In this document: one piece after another, positions 11,301 to 23,689 of the stretch
Layout: each line of letters opens with the position of its first letter
Numbering within the stretch: position 1 is the stretch's first letter
From: Bugula neritina
Taxonomy: Eukaryota > Animalia > Bryozoa
NCBI GenBank assembly: GCA_964035545.1
Contig: OZ037766.1
Coordinates: forward strand, 10,158,722-10,222,721
Reading direction: 5' to 3'
DNA length: 64,000 bases
Made by a program: the position numbers and the translations under genes
Notes under the pieces: model-generated
Databases searched by the model: none
Seen by the model: only the letters and a program-made list of their open reading frames with translations
What the model was told of the DNA's origin: nothing

Positions 11301-12984
11301 TACACACCACAATACCTATACTTCTACAGTGTACACACTACACTACCTATACTTCTACAGTGTACACACCACAATACCTATACTTCTACAGTGTATACAC
11401 CACAATACCTATACTTCTACAGTGTATACACCACAATACCTATACTTCTACAGTGTATAAACCACAACTCAGTTAGCTCAAGGTTTCTAATGATGCAGAA
11501 GGGTTAAATGACAGAAGACCTTCAACTTGCCTCAAGTGCAGCAAAATATTTTTATTAGTATTTGTATTATTTAGTATAATTATTTGTTTAGGCATACAAT
11601 TCACCAGCATTAGTGCCACTTCCAACAACAGCATCAGTTTTGACTTCAGCACGTATTCCACAGCCAGCTCCAATATTTCGTCCACCTGGTGCCCCCAATA
11701 TAAATTACGGTGTGAATAAGACTTCCGGCACCAGATATCAACAACAGACAGCTTGGAGAGCTCCGGCACCAGAAGAATCAGGTATGACAGCATAATAACA
11801 TGTATTTCATTAATTCCTGTGCTTTTGAATAATTACACTAGTTGCTGTGTACTTTTGGTGCAAAGGAGATTTGGCACTAGTACCGTTTAGCTGTTCACCA
11901 CATCTCATGTAGGCACTAACTCAACTGTCAACAGTAGTCATCAAATTCAGTAAGCATTGAGATTCTTATATGAAATAACATGGCTTAAATTTCATCCGCA
12001 GTTTATGTCTTGGTATTCTACTTCATGATCAGAATCACTCTTATCATTTAGGCAAAACCATTTAAGCGCAAGAATAATTTTTTAGCTTTGCCGTCACAAA
12101 ATACAGACTTGGCAAACTGTAGAGAAGCGACATGGGTACCCAACAGTCAATCTAGAGCTTCTTGGAGTCGTAGAACCACTCCTGCATCAACTCCAAGAGC
12201 TACTCCGATGGCAACACCCCTGGCAACTCCTCACCACTCCCCTCCTAGAGAAGGCGCTTACTTTCCTCAGTCGTTTACAAGACGTGATCATGTGAAACCT
12301 CCACCAGGCTTCAGCTCTAGGCCACAACAGTTGCATGACAACACTCAAGCCGCAGCAAAAACTTTTAACACACAAATGAACCCCCAAAGTATCCCTCAAA
12401 ACTTCAGTTCAGAAGTTTCTTATGGATCTCAAATGGAGTTTGGATTTCAACGTGTTACTCCATCTCCCTGGGGTGGTAAGCATTTACACTTGGAAATGAC
12501 AAATCTGGCTGGGCTCTGTTTTGAAAAACTGCCTATATCTTTGTTACAACTTGTGTGATGGCATGTTATCCAGGTGGTGATCAGAGAGAAGCATTGGATC
12601 TGGATACAAATTTTCCCTCCCTTTCTATACATCCTTCACCAGGTATCCAACAAAAATCTCTAGTTTCAGTTATTTATCTAAATTATCGGCTTTTGTGCAT
12701 ATACAATTTGTAACCTTTTTTGTTGAAAAAATTCTATAATTTGAAGTTCAATCGTAATTTAACTTTTAATTCTGCTGCCGTGATAAGTTGGGAAAGTCTA
12801 AAATATTTTCAAAACATACATAAAAGTGCTGCATTTCAGAGACAAAAAAGAAATCTGTTTTACCTTTTATTTACAGTACAGAATTTTAATAGAGTAAATT
12901 TTGAGATTTCTAATGGTTTTTATAAATTAATTTCATCTTTTACCAGGCAAAGGAAGAGGTCGTGGGCGTTTTGCCAGGATGTAA
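8313..12984 (+). CDS. mael: Maelstrom (HMG box + MAEL domain + long low-complexity tail), about 594 aa
   Basis: Eleven phase-consistent exons: 8313-8450, 8662-8778, 8893-8971, 9181-9378, 9658-9875, 10206-10390, 10637-10799, 11592-11781, 12086-12475, 12574-12642, 12947-12984. HMG start NAFYFYM; MAEL motifs YLPVEIALVEFS, PGSIPSG, ETHQIP, CNFHEELECQHCSL, CFAISD. The last four exons rest on splice phase only. Confidence 0.93.
11166..11468. repeat. 31-bp minisatellite, about 9.8 copies, in a mael intron
   Basis: Unit CTTCTACAGTGTACACACCACAATACCTATA repeated head to tail with few substitutions. Confidence 0.97.
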
Positions 12985-13415
12985 AGATAACTTATTACCG
13001 AAGAGTTATTTTTGTTCAATTCTGGGTGCTACAAGACTAAATGTATATATTTTTTACAAAATGTAAATACATATATTTTGTCATCATGGCTGTATTACTA
13101 GAAATTCATAATTCTCACAAGTTTCGAAAAAATGTTTGTACATCTATACACGTGGTGTTTCACCCTTTTAGTTCTGTATTTCTTTTACTTGGTTAAAGTC
13201 CATAAAATTAATTAAATGCTTTTTAGTTATTTTGAAAGTTCATTTCATTCTTTCAACCAGCAAGTGAATCTGGAACTGTAATAGACCTCATACCGAAATA
13301 AGATACCCCCAAGCATTCACATTTTTGTAACAAATATTATTGTTATTTTCTGAACCACAGTTCAAAAAATACACATCATCCTGAGAGCAATAAACTAATT
13401 TACAGTCTTTTTGGC

Positions 13416-16400
13416 CTAATAAAGTTGAGTAGATCTTGGGATACCAAAATCACCAGTCCTTCCATATTCATCTACTGCACGTACTGCAAAATGATATATG
13501 TGTCCAGTTTGAAATTGAGTGAGAGTACAAGCCATGGGTAGAGGCAAAGCCTTTAGATCTCCAACCTAAAACAAATGAACTATTATTTAATAAAATTAAT
13601 ATATTATGAGAAAATGGATGAGCATACACTACGTCTCCAAGCTTTGTATAATGCGAATAGAATTTTCATTTGAATAAACCATTCAAATGGATTTGCAGTT
13701 AGGTTTTCTTTCAATGCAACTATTTCCAAACATCAAATGAAAAATCCAAATGGAAGCACAGTGATTGTCAAGAGTTGGGCTATTATATAATATGGAGGAG
13801 TGAAACAAGACAAGTATCCGTATAATCAAGTGCTAAATACTTGATAAATTTTGCTAATTTAGTGTTGCAGAGATATAGTGAAAAAAGATCCATTCTGATA
13901 GCTAGTGTAAACTAACTTGTAGTTGCTAATCTATTAGTGGCAATTTTTTTCCGTTATTAAAAAGTTCCAACACTTGAGATTTGGACACTAAAACCATCTT
14001 CGAAAATGATGGTGAATTGAATTTTCCCAAAAATTTTAAACGTGCACAAATGCATTTTCGCTTGTAATGTTGATTTTTTAAACAAATTTGGCTTACAGTA
14101 ACTAAAGATAACTTTTAAAGCACATTGCGGAAATGTGCTTGCAACTTTAAAATGTTTTTCTTAAATAAAACAAAACAGTCGACTTTTAAAATTTTACTTT
14201 AAATAAAATTTTTTGAACAAACTCTTCTCCACTACTTGCTTAATATAGGGTGGTTCAACTTATCTTGAAGATATCGAGAGCATTTGGCAATAAATAATGT
14301 TAAATTTGTAGAAAATTAAATTGCATCGATTAGATATTAGAATTAGTACTTGTTAACTGACCTGGCCTGTTGGTGGGAAATAATTCCTAAGACATATAGT
14401 TTTCAAGACATGTATTTTATTATTAACATTCTCTATAAAAAGACTAAGTCAAAGCAAAAAATACTTTTAGCACTAGCTTACCTTTTTCCATTCAGTACCA
14501 GTAAGTGGCCCAGGCCTTTCCTTATAACCAAATATTTGATAAGTAGAGATTTTTGCGTGGCTTTTGGTTACTTGCATATTCCACTGTAGAACAATACCTA
14601 AATCAGACATAGTAATTGCAGCATAATGTTTACTTGCTGAGTTATTCATATACCCGAACAGTAATATGCTATTAATACATATGACTTATTAATAGCGACA
14701 GAGCGGAGATAGTTGAGGATATATTATATATGTGCCTTATAGCTATTAATAGAGTCAGTTCTCTCAATGCTGCCAAGCTGTACAATTTATACCTTACTAC
14801 ACATTATTCCAATGGTCTCATCATGATTATTACCCATGAAAACGTACAAAAACGAAATATCAGGGTAATTGTAACAATCTATTTTGAGGTGATCAATATC
14901 TTCAGGCAAAGCAGCTTGCACATTTAAAAAAAAATAAGCTAGAAAATAGATTATATTAGAACCACAAACCATCTGCCTTAGAGGTCAATTCTAGTCTAGG
15001 GGATGGTGGTTTGAGCAGGTGATTTAACTTTCCAGTCAATGGTGTAGCAGGAAGTGGGGCAGGATGCAAATTCTTCAGACTTGAACCGGTAAAGTTCAAA
15101 AGTCTAGATGGAGAGCTAGTTGCAGAAGTTTTAACAATGGCCTCATCCTCGGCAGTAAGATCAATAACTTCACTGCTTTTTGCTGAAGAAGGCTTGGGTA
15201 ACAAGAACTTGTTTGAAACTGGAGTTGAATGTTGAGGTGAAAAATGAAAAAGAACAGGTTGTGAAACGAGAGCAGTGGACAGCTTTGGTGAACTTGATGC
15301 CATGCTTGACACGCTGGGCAACTACAACACAAACACACAGTTTGATTTGTTAAAGGTACATAGCAACCAAAGGAGGTGCTGTATGACAATTATGTAGTAA
15401 TTTATATTTACACCGCAGCTGCACCCACCAAGAAACCCTACAGCTGCAGTAGAAAATTGCATAACTGATAACACTAAAAGCTAAAAAGAGGCAGTATAAA
15501 CAAGTTAACTTAATTGCTTCTTTATACATCTAAAGTGAAGAACTAAGGTTAGGGATTTAGGAATGACTCAATCTTGGAAATTGGTTTTGATAAAATTCTC
15601 CTTCAAGTAGAGCGACTATCACTAGTGATGAAAAGAATAGTCCCATATCAATTGTAATGTTACAATTGTTATAAAACTACTCTTTTCTTGTTCAGGCAGT
15701 TCATTCAACTTGATTTTTTCTGTCAAGTGTGTTTTAGCTATTGTGCACCTGTTTGTATGCTTATCTTCAATCCTCAGTGTTCCATGTGATCTGCATGTTC
15801 ATGATAGCAATCAAAACAACTATTTAAGAGGTAGTAGGTAATTAAATCTGCCAAACATTATTAAGATTTCTCCTATTTTCAAAAGTTTTTGAAACTTTTA
15901 AAACACTAGTCTACCCTGTACAACTCTATTTTACACCCTGTACAACTCTATTTTACACCCTGTACAGTGGAGTTGTACATGTAACTATTCAAGTAATGGT
16001 ACAACTACCTTGGCTTTAGTTTGCTCAGCTAAAGTGGTCAGCTGGCGGACTCCACGACCTGGGATATTCTCTGAATATTTTTGCCTCTGTTGGGCCTCCA
16101 CAAGAGCCTTCTGTGATAAAACTTTACTCTTGATTATTGTAGTTCCACTCTGTTCAAGGGCTTGCAACTATTAAAAATATCTTTTAAAGTTGAATTAAGA
16201 CAAGCTAAAGAAAATTACTTTAAAAATAAAAATATGCCACTTCGGTGCATAAATGGGCCCATCATCATCTACTTTTGGGCAGCACTCTTTATTATCTACT
16301 TTTTCATTAAACTTATCAATGAAATAAACAAGTAAACAAACTAAAAGAACACACTGAAGAGAACAAATGTGCCAGTAATACTCACCTTCGAGGAGAATAT

Positions 16401-19400
16401 CTGAGTGCTGACGGATCTTTGTACCGGTCTAACGTTTATCGATTTCAATTTCTCTCGAACAGATTTCACTTCATGCAGTATTTTTGTTATTTTTCGAGAA
16501 TCCACGTTTCCCCTTGATTGCAAATCGTTGTGCCTTCGAGCTAATTCTTTGTGAAAATCTGATTTCATAATGTCTTTCTTGATAATAGCATCATAAAAAG
16601 AAGCTAGTAACTACAAATTATATGACATAGAGCAACGAAATTTTCAAAATAGAGTGATAGTGTAGACTGTAGTGCATAACTAAAGGAGTGTTTATACCTT
16701 TATGATTTCAATCAGAAAGTTGAATTGGCCAAGAGGGACTATTTAGCCGAGTTTTCTTGGCATTATAAAGACCAATCTTAAAAATACTGTCTTGTGTCAG
16801 TATAGTAAGCATAGAATGATGACAGCTTTGGCCGTTGATTAACAATGGCTTCCTATATTGCGAAATATCCTTGAGCCAATATACTATTTTTTGAAAGGCA
16901 TTATTGAAGATTATTTAAGTTATCAGAAAGTGATGCATTTCAGTGAAAAAATGGCTTAGCTTAATTAAATTACCTGAAGCCCAGCACTTTTTTCAGAAAG
17001 GTATAAATTATCTTTTTCACACTACAACTGCTGAAACATTGAACTTCTATGAAGCTGTTGCATTATTTAATATGTAGAAATTTAAGTAGACAAATTACAT
17101 CAACAAAAATTATCATGCATCATATGAAAGACAAAAACCGACCAACGCAATGCAAGTTATGATTTCATCACTAATTACATTTACTTGGTAAGGCAGTTTC
17201 AAATTCAATCAAAAATATTAGAAATAATATGCATTAAATTATGTAGCAATGCAAGTATATAAGTATAAAGTATAAACTGTTTATTGCCATATGATGTAAG
17301 CTCAACCATAAAACCATATGTCTTACATTTTTTTCCAAGTATACAGCATCTTGTAAAGTCTCCGTTGTATGGAGGTGATTTTTAGAGGTGTCTTCCACCA
17401 AGGCTGTATTTAAATGAGAGATTAGCTAAAGGTTGAAATAAAACAAATGAGGAAATATTAAAACGTATTTTAAAATAGCAAGATGATGGCCACGATATTA
17501 GTTGCTCAGAAATTAAATTAGATTACACTAAACAGTCAAACTGTAGAATAAAATTAAAATATACCAGCCAGTTGGGCCCATAAAATAATCACAATTTTAA
17601 TAAAACCATATTGGTAGATATCAATTTACCGATTTTAGATACTGGTCAGCTTCAAACACACTTATTATTAATAACATCGCATAAATAATATAACTGAAAT
17701 TTGCTCTAATGCCAGAAACTATATGACTAAACTGCACCTTATCAAGACGACCTCCAGCTGGTGACATGTCTAGTTTAACTTTTTTAGCAGGAATATCATT
17801 TGAAGAGTCATCATCAGAAATTTCTTCTGGGCTGCCAGCACCAATTACAAGATCTTCACATTCATCATCACTATTAGATGGCGACACGTGAGGAGAAGCC
17901 CGATTTGTGCGTACACTAGTTACTGGATTACCATCAATCTTTGCTACAGTTTTTTCTAGCAAATCCTCCATTACATTTTGAACTGCTGATAATTCTTGCA
18001 GAGAAGTTAACTTGTCAGATGAATCCAACTGCTCGGTTGTTTCATTTACCACTGATAATGAAGACGACGAGTGAGCAGTGAATACAGAGTCTTCTTTGGT
18101 TACAGAAGCAGTACCTGTTTTGATGATAGTCTTGCACTTTTCATGAGATTCATTAGGTAGTTTTTTTGATTGATCTGTTTCAGTTATCTCCATTTCTTCA
18201 GAGTTGAATAATTTTGCTTTCAAGTCAGATTTTCCCTTATCATCGTCTTTCAAAGATGAATTACTATTCGTAGTTGGCTGTATATTAAAATTGGATTTAA
18301 TACTAGATGAGTCTTTTTCTTTTAACATAGCATTTACGCCTTTAATACGACAAGGCAAGTTAGTTAAAGAAGTATCTGTTTGTGAGCTGCACAGTTTTGA
18401 TGAGCTGTGCAAAGTTTGGTTATTCTCTGATTGGCAGTAACTTAACTTAACAGATATTATTTCGATGTCATTATCTTTTGAATTTACACGAAGGTCAATT
18501 TGTTCTTTTTGATTTGGTGGAGAACGTAAACTATGGTGATTATTAGTTACCACTGAAGCTGATTGTGCGGATAGTTCCTGTTGAAGCTTCTCTGTAATCC
18601 CCTGTTTACCAGACACATCATCTAATAAAAATTATTCCACAGAAAATATTAAAAATGAGCCTTTGAAAAAATATTTCCAATTGTCTGTGACTTTTTAAAT
18701 ACTAGCTCTAAGATGTTGCCTATTTTAAAATACTGTTATCATGTGTTTATTTTAAGCATTACTCTAAAAGTTTTTTATAGTTGGCGATATGAATAATTTG
18801 GTGACACGACATTTCAAATATGACATTTGGAAAACACTTATATGGAAAACCGACAATTCACCAATAGACAATTGGAAAATAGACAATTAGAAAATGGACA
18901 TTTGGGAAATAGACATTTGGAAAATGACATTTAGAAAATGAAGAATATTAAACATGGACTAGTCTGGAGGGAGCGTTCTGCATCTGGTCAGGTCCAAAAT
19001 AGCTTTTTGTAGTAAATATGTGCAATTTAAGATTGAAACTATTCGGTAACTTATTTTACTTTCATGATAGGCCTAACTGATTCGGACTTTATATTTATTG
19101 TTGAAAGCTATTTTGGGCCTGGCCATATTTTGACCGCCCATCCAGACTGTTTAATATTCTTCATTTTCCAAATGTCCATTTTCTAATTGTCTATTTTCCA
19201 GTTGAATATTGGTGAATTGACCGTTTTCCAAATAAGTGTTTTCCAATTGACATTTTCCAATAGTCGTGGATTCGAATAATTTTACCTCCGAGAAGTGCAT
19301 CATTGCAATCTTCATCTCCATGCTCTGCGTCGCCCAGAAGAGCCTCGTTTACTTCAACCTCTTGCTCTTGACTCAAAGCATCAACTGAAGAAGATTTCAG

Positions 19401-19535
19401 TCCAATAACAGGTTTAGCGTAATTGTCTCCATTTGCTTTGGGTGGAGACTTTAAATTTCCTAAAGCAGACTGTAAGCCAGTTTTAAATCGAATCCCTAAA
19501 GTTTCACTGATTGTTGAATTAGTATTCTTTTCCAT
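13416..19535 (-). CDS. ATF7IP: ATF7IP / MCAF1 / Windei-like SETDB1 cofactor with C-terminal FN3 domain
   Basis: Last exons 14597-14482 and 13565-13416 encode GIVLQWN...YQIFGY...[34 protein letters not shown], the ATF7IP FN3 signature. SIM-like VIDLT in exon 15321-14970. Upstream low-complexity/coiled-coil exons at about 19535-19286, 18621-17738, 17425-17327, 16610-16386, 16167-16009. Start codon inferred. Confidence 0.9.
15913..15967. repeat. Short tandem repeat, about 22-bp unit, 2.5 copies
   Basis: ACCCTGTACAACTCTATTTTAC repeated in an ATF7IP intron. Confidence 0.8.
18800..19273. mobile_element. Mutator-like foldback MITE
   Basis: Long imperfect TIRs (about 170 bp) built from ~15-bp GACA(A/T)TTGGAAAAT subrepeats, G...C termini, perfect 9-bp TSD GAATAATTT (18791-18799, 19274-19282). 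Confidence 0.85.
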
Positions 19536-19714
19536 ACCTAAAAATACAAAGTATCTATTACAGTTGTATAAACTACCCTTCAACAATCAGCAATACCTCA
19601 TCCTGAACATTTAATATAGCAAAATCATCCAACTTAAGAAGTATGTACAGCAATAGCCAAACTGAAAAAAAAACTGTGTTCTAAATGAAAAATATAGCAA
19701 AAAAGTTAGAGGTA

Positions 19715-19872
19715 GGTGCAGTAATGGAGAAATTGAGAAAAGCCTGTGTTCTAGATTAAAAATGTAGCAAAAGAAGTTATGTTCTCGCGAGAATTTCAAC
19801 CCGCGCCCCAAACCAAAATTTAATAATAAAATTAAAGAACTTAGGCTATCTCAATTTCTCCACTACTGCACC
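19715..19872. mobile_element. Small MITE with ~30-bp TIRs, TA-flanked
   Basis: GGTGCAGTAATGGAGAAATTGAGAAAAGCCT versus AGGCTATCTCAATTTCTCCACTACTGCACC, with TA on both sides. Confidence 0.7.
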
Positions 19873-19959
19873 TAAATGAAAAGTTACGACTTTATGAGTA
19901 GGTATGAAATCTATTTGTATTAGTATTGTAGTAATTCGTGCAATTACTGTGCATGAGTT

Positions 19960-21030
19960 TTTACTTGCGTATTTAGTAGGCTATTCTACTAGTAATTACT
20001 AGGGACTTGGAGTTAATGCTACATTTGAACATCTATACTCACAAGTTATAGTTATACTACTAGTGGTACTGGTATCCGTACGGGTAGTACTATTACTAGT
20101 ATTTAGTACTAGTATTAGCATTTAGTGATTTAGTATTTAGTAATAGTAGTAGTAGTACTACTGCTAGTAGTATTTAGTAGTACTGAATCTGAAGTACTTC
20201 AACTTGTAGCAATACTATTACTATTAGTATTAGTAATAGTAATAGTTTAAGTTAAACTTATAGTTATACTTAAAGGTTCTATTACTAATAGTAATACTTA
20301 TCAGTTATTACTATTAGTATTACTACTACTAGTAGTAGTACTACTATTAGTATTACTATTACTACTACTACTAGTACTACTACTACTAGTACTACTACTA
20401 CTAGTACTACTACTACTAGTACTACTACTACTAGTACTACTACTACTAGTTTTACTACTACTAGTACTACTAGTACTACTACTACTAGTACTGTAAGTGT
20501 AGTAGTAGTAGTAATATAACTATAAGTACTACAGTACTAGGTTTAGTGTCAATACAAATACTTATGCTTATACTTATTAGTTATTTATTATTATAGTTAT
20601 ACTATTACGGTATTAGTATTACTTGTAGTTCAAGTTCAAGTTGTAGTCAAAACACAGTTACTGTTACACTTACAGTCAAAGTAATTGAGTTTAATCAACT
20701 GTTACATTTTTTATTTTCGATGAAAAACTAAAAGTATAACTATAAGACTATAAGTTATACTATAAGTATAACTATTAACTATAAGTACAAATATTATCAT
20801 TATAATTAAATAATAATATTAATTATTATAATGATAATACTAAGTCTAATAGTAATACTAATAGTAATAGTAATATATCTATAACTTAAACTATAAGTAT
20901 AAGTTAACCTAAATCAAAATGTAATACTAATACTTATACTAATAGTAATAGTAATAGTAATACCAATAGGCAATTGTATAACTATTAGTATTACTATAGT
21001 AATAGTCTAGAAGTATAGGTCTAGTCTATG
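19960..21030. repeat. TAC/TAG/TAT-rich low-complexity zone including a 15-bp TAGTACTACTACTAC array
   Basis: Directly visible; the array core is at about 20365-20490. Confidence 0.9.
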
Positions 21031-21681
21031 ATTCTCGATTATGCAAAGTAGCACGCATTTGGAGCAAAAATATATCTACAATCAAATTCGCATGGTCAAC
21101 TTTAACTTACGTGCAAATTTTTAACTTACAGTTGTTCAATATTCCCACAACCATTGGTGATTGGCTATTTATGTCTGCCACATTTCTATGTCATCCCTTG
21201 ATAAGTCAACAAGTATGTGGGTCAACAAAACAGATAAGTATTGGAGTCGTTAAATGACCTATTAAGCATTCTTGATTTAAAAATAGTAATCTTTATCTGC
21301 TAAGAATGTAGATTCAGAAATGTAGTAGATTATTATTCATGTGTTTACTATCTGATATTTAAATTTATAAAAGCCGGGGAAATTCAACACAAAGTAAATC
21401 AACACCAAGCGCATACTCAAGTAAGTACGAGCTTAGTACATGTAAGTGTAGATTAAAATTATATAATGTCAACTAAAGAGTTATCACACCCTAAACTAAC
21501 TGTTGGTTGCTGGGAATCCATCATTGCTGATCTGGGAGAATTTATCATCTCTTGTAATAAATAATTATGCGGGCGTGTGTGTTTGGTTATACTCTTGGAT
21601 AGGTTTTTCATCTGTTTTTGAATTCATGTGTGAATATGCATAATTTTATGATATAAATAACATATTATATTTCATGAATGT

Positions 21682-22126
21682 TGTTGTATCATAAATTGTA
21701 AGTTAGTTGTAGTTGTTTTCTTTTACTTTTGTGCGTATAGCGAGTGCACAACTCTATGATATTTGCATCAACATACATATAGTGTGGCTTGTTTGAGTGT
21801 TGAGATATAAAACAGAGTGTGTATGAGAGAGGTGGTGAGAAGATTGAGTGATTGAAGATTGTGGCAAGAAGAAAATATATAAGTCTGAATAGAATAGAAT
21901 TTGTTAGTGAGTGCTAGCCCAGGATCGACGGCGGAGCGCCCACAGACAAATACCCTTACCAGGAGTCTTAACTTCACCCCTATAGATTGACAGGAGCTGG
22001 AGTTACCTCACAGCCGAGCCAAGCAACCCGTGCCTGTATACTGACCCCGAGCTCATCTGAAGGCTACAACCCAATTATATTATTCGGTGAGTTGCAATAA
22101 CTCCAAACTGCATACCCGATATAACA
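21682..22126 (+). mobile_element. Solo LTR (445 bp), Gypsy-like
   Basis: TGTTGTATC...GATATAACA terminal inverted repeats, 4-bp TSD ATGT (21678-21681, 22127-22130), and TATAAAA near 21805. Confidence 0.8.
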
Positions 22127-22293
22127 ATGTTTGCCAACATGATATAAAATATGTGAATATTTTGAGCAAAATTTAGCCAAAATTAATATATTTCCAAGTT
22201 TAAATAATATGCTAGAAATAAGTTTAAAATTATTGCAATAGTATGAAATGAAAATATTTCAAAAAGCTCTGAAAAAATAAATTCTAAAACGTT

Positions 22294-22958
22294 TTACTTA
22301 ATTATTGATATTCCCAATGCTCGGGCATAAAATACCAAAGCAGCAGCTAAAAGATAATGAAATAAATCAACACGGGGAATTCCATATATACTCCCTTCAG
22401 CTCCAACTATTGATGCCAAAATGATAACAGTTGCCGAGAAAATGCCAAAGACATTTTTAGTTATCGTAGAACTTATTAGTATAGAAACAACAGATATTAC
22501 AGCTATCAGCAAGTTTCCATAAGCTTTAACATCTTTTGGTAACATTTTATAGAAAAACAAAAACACAACAGGACAAATAGAAAATGCTAACACAAGTTCT
22601 TTATTGTAACCATTAATTCGAAGTATGCCAGCTGCTAAAAATGGCATACCAATAACACTTCCAAGCCAAGACAGGAGCTTGTGGGCATCTATTAAGTCAC
22701 GATCTACAAAAAAATCAGCCATCACTTGATTAAAAACTTTGGTAAAATCTTGAATCAATACTTTCAAGTGATAATTATAATTTTAGGTTGCTTACTGGGA
22801 TTATTCAGGCTAAACCGGCAAACACCAAGTGAGGCTGCTATAGCTATAATAAGAGCTCCATAACAAGATTGATATGGGTGCCCTTTAGTCTTAAAAGCCA
22901 CAACATAAGAAACTGCTGCTAACAATAAATCAGAAATAGCGGTTGATAGCTGAGCCAT
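22294..22958 (-). CDS. TMEM276-like multi-pass membrane protein, 190 aa
   Basis: Two exons, 22958-22796 and 22703-22294, joined in phase. Several hydrophobic helices. Motifs STAISDLLL, WLGSVIGMPFLA and YARAL resemble human TMEM276 as recalled. Confidence 0.75.
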
Positions 22959-23689
22959 CTTTTCGAAGATTTGTCTACAACAAACAACATATTGATAATT
23001 TCAAACTATATAGAACGGGCTGTTTCATTGACTAAAAATTTGATTAAGAGGTTTGTGCTGCAGAAATTTTACAAATTAAATACCACAACGAATTTATAAC
23101 TTATTAAAATTTATTTAGTTTTTTGACAAAATGTTCAGAAGCAAATTAACAGTCATGGTCCATAATATAGGATAATAATACTCATCTTCATTCAGCTATT
23201 ATTGTATAGCAGTTTAGGAGCAACTGCTAAGTGGCAGAGTTGAGAGAATGTTTAATTGATAAAAAACATTAAAACTTTCAGATATTATTTCTAAGGAACT
23301 TAAATAAATACCACTAAAAGAAGTTAGTGAATACTTGGCTGTTTACATTTCCTGCCAAATCATTAATAAATTATAACTATTTAGAGACTTCAAAAACTAA
23401 CAAAAAATAAGTTATTATAATGTAAAAATATTATACGTGGCAATATAGGAGGATCAGACTACCAAAAATGGCATCACAAAGCATCATCTGAACTTCTGTG
23501 AGACATTTATAAAAAATTGTGCCTTCTTTTCAGCATACATCTTATGTTGAGTAGATTAGGCAAATGTTAAGTGCGTTAATGTTGGGGGAGAGAAAACCTT
23601 CAAAATAGTTTTTAACTACTTATCACTAGTTGTTGATATTTGATTATTGGCCTGAGAAGCCAACGGAACAACTATTTAACACTTCATTT

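Noticed and set aside
11140-11507. CRISPR-like array or repetitive protein ORFs
   Set aside because: The 31-bp units are contiguous with no unique spacers, the context is a eukaryotic intron, and the ORFs in three frames are artefacts of a stop-free repeat.
11477-11536. Extra mael exon after the minisatellite
   Set aside because: No donor in the required phase; exon 10637-10799 joins 11592 in frame without it.
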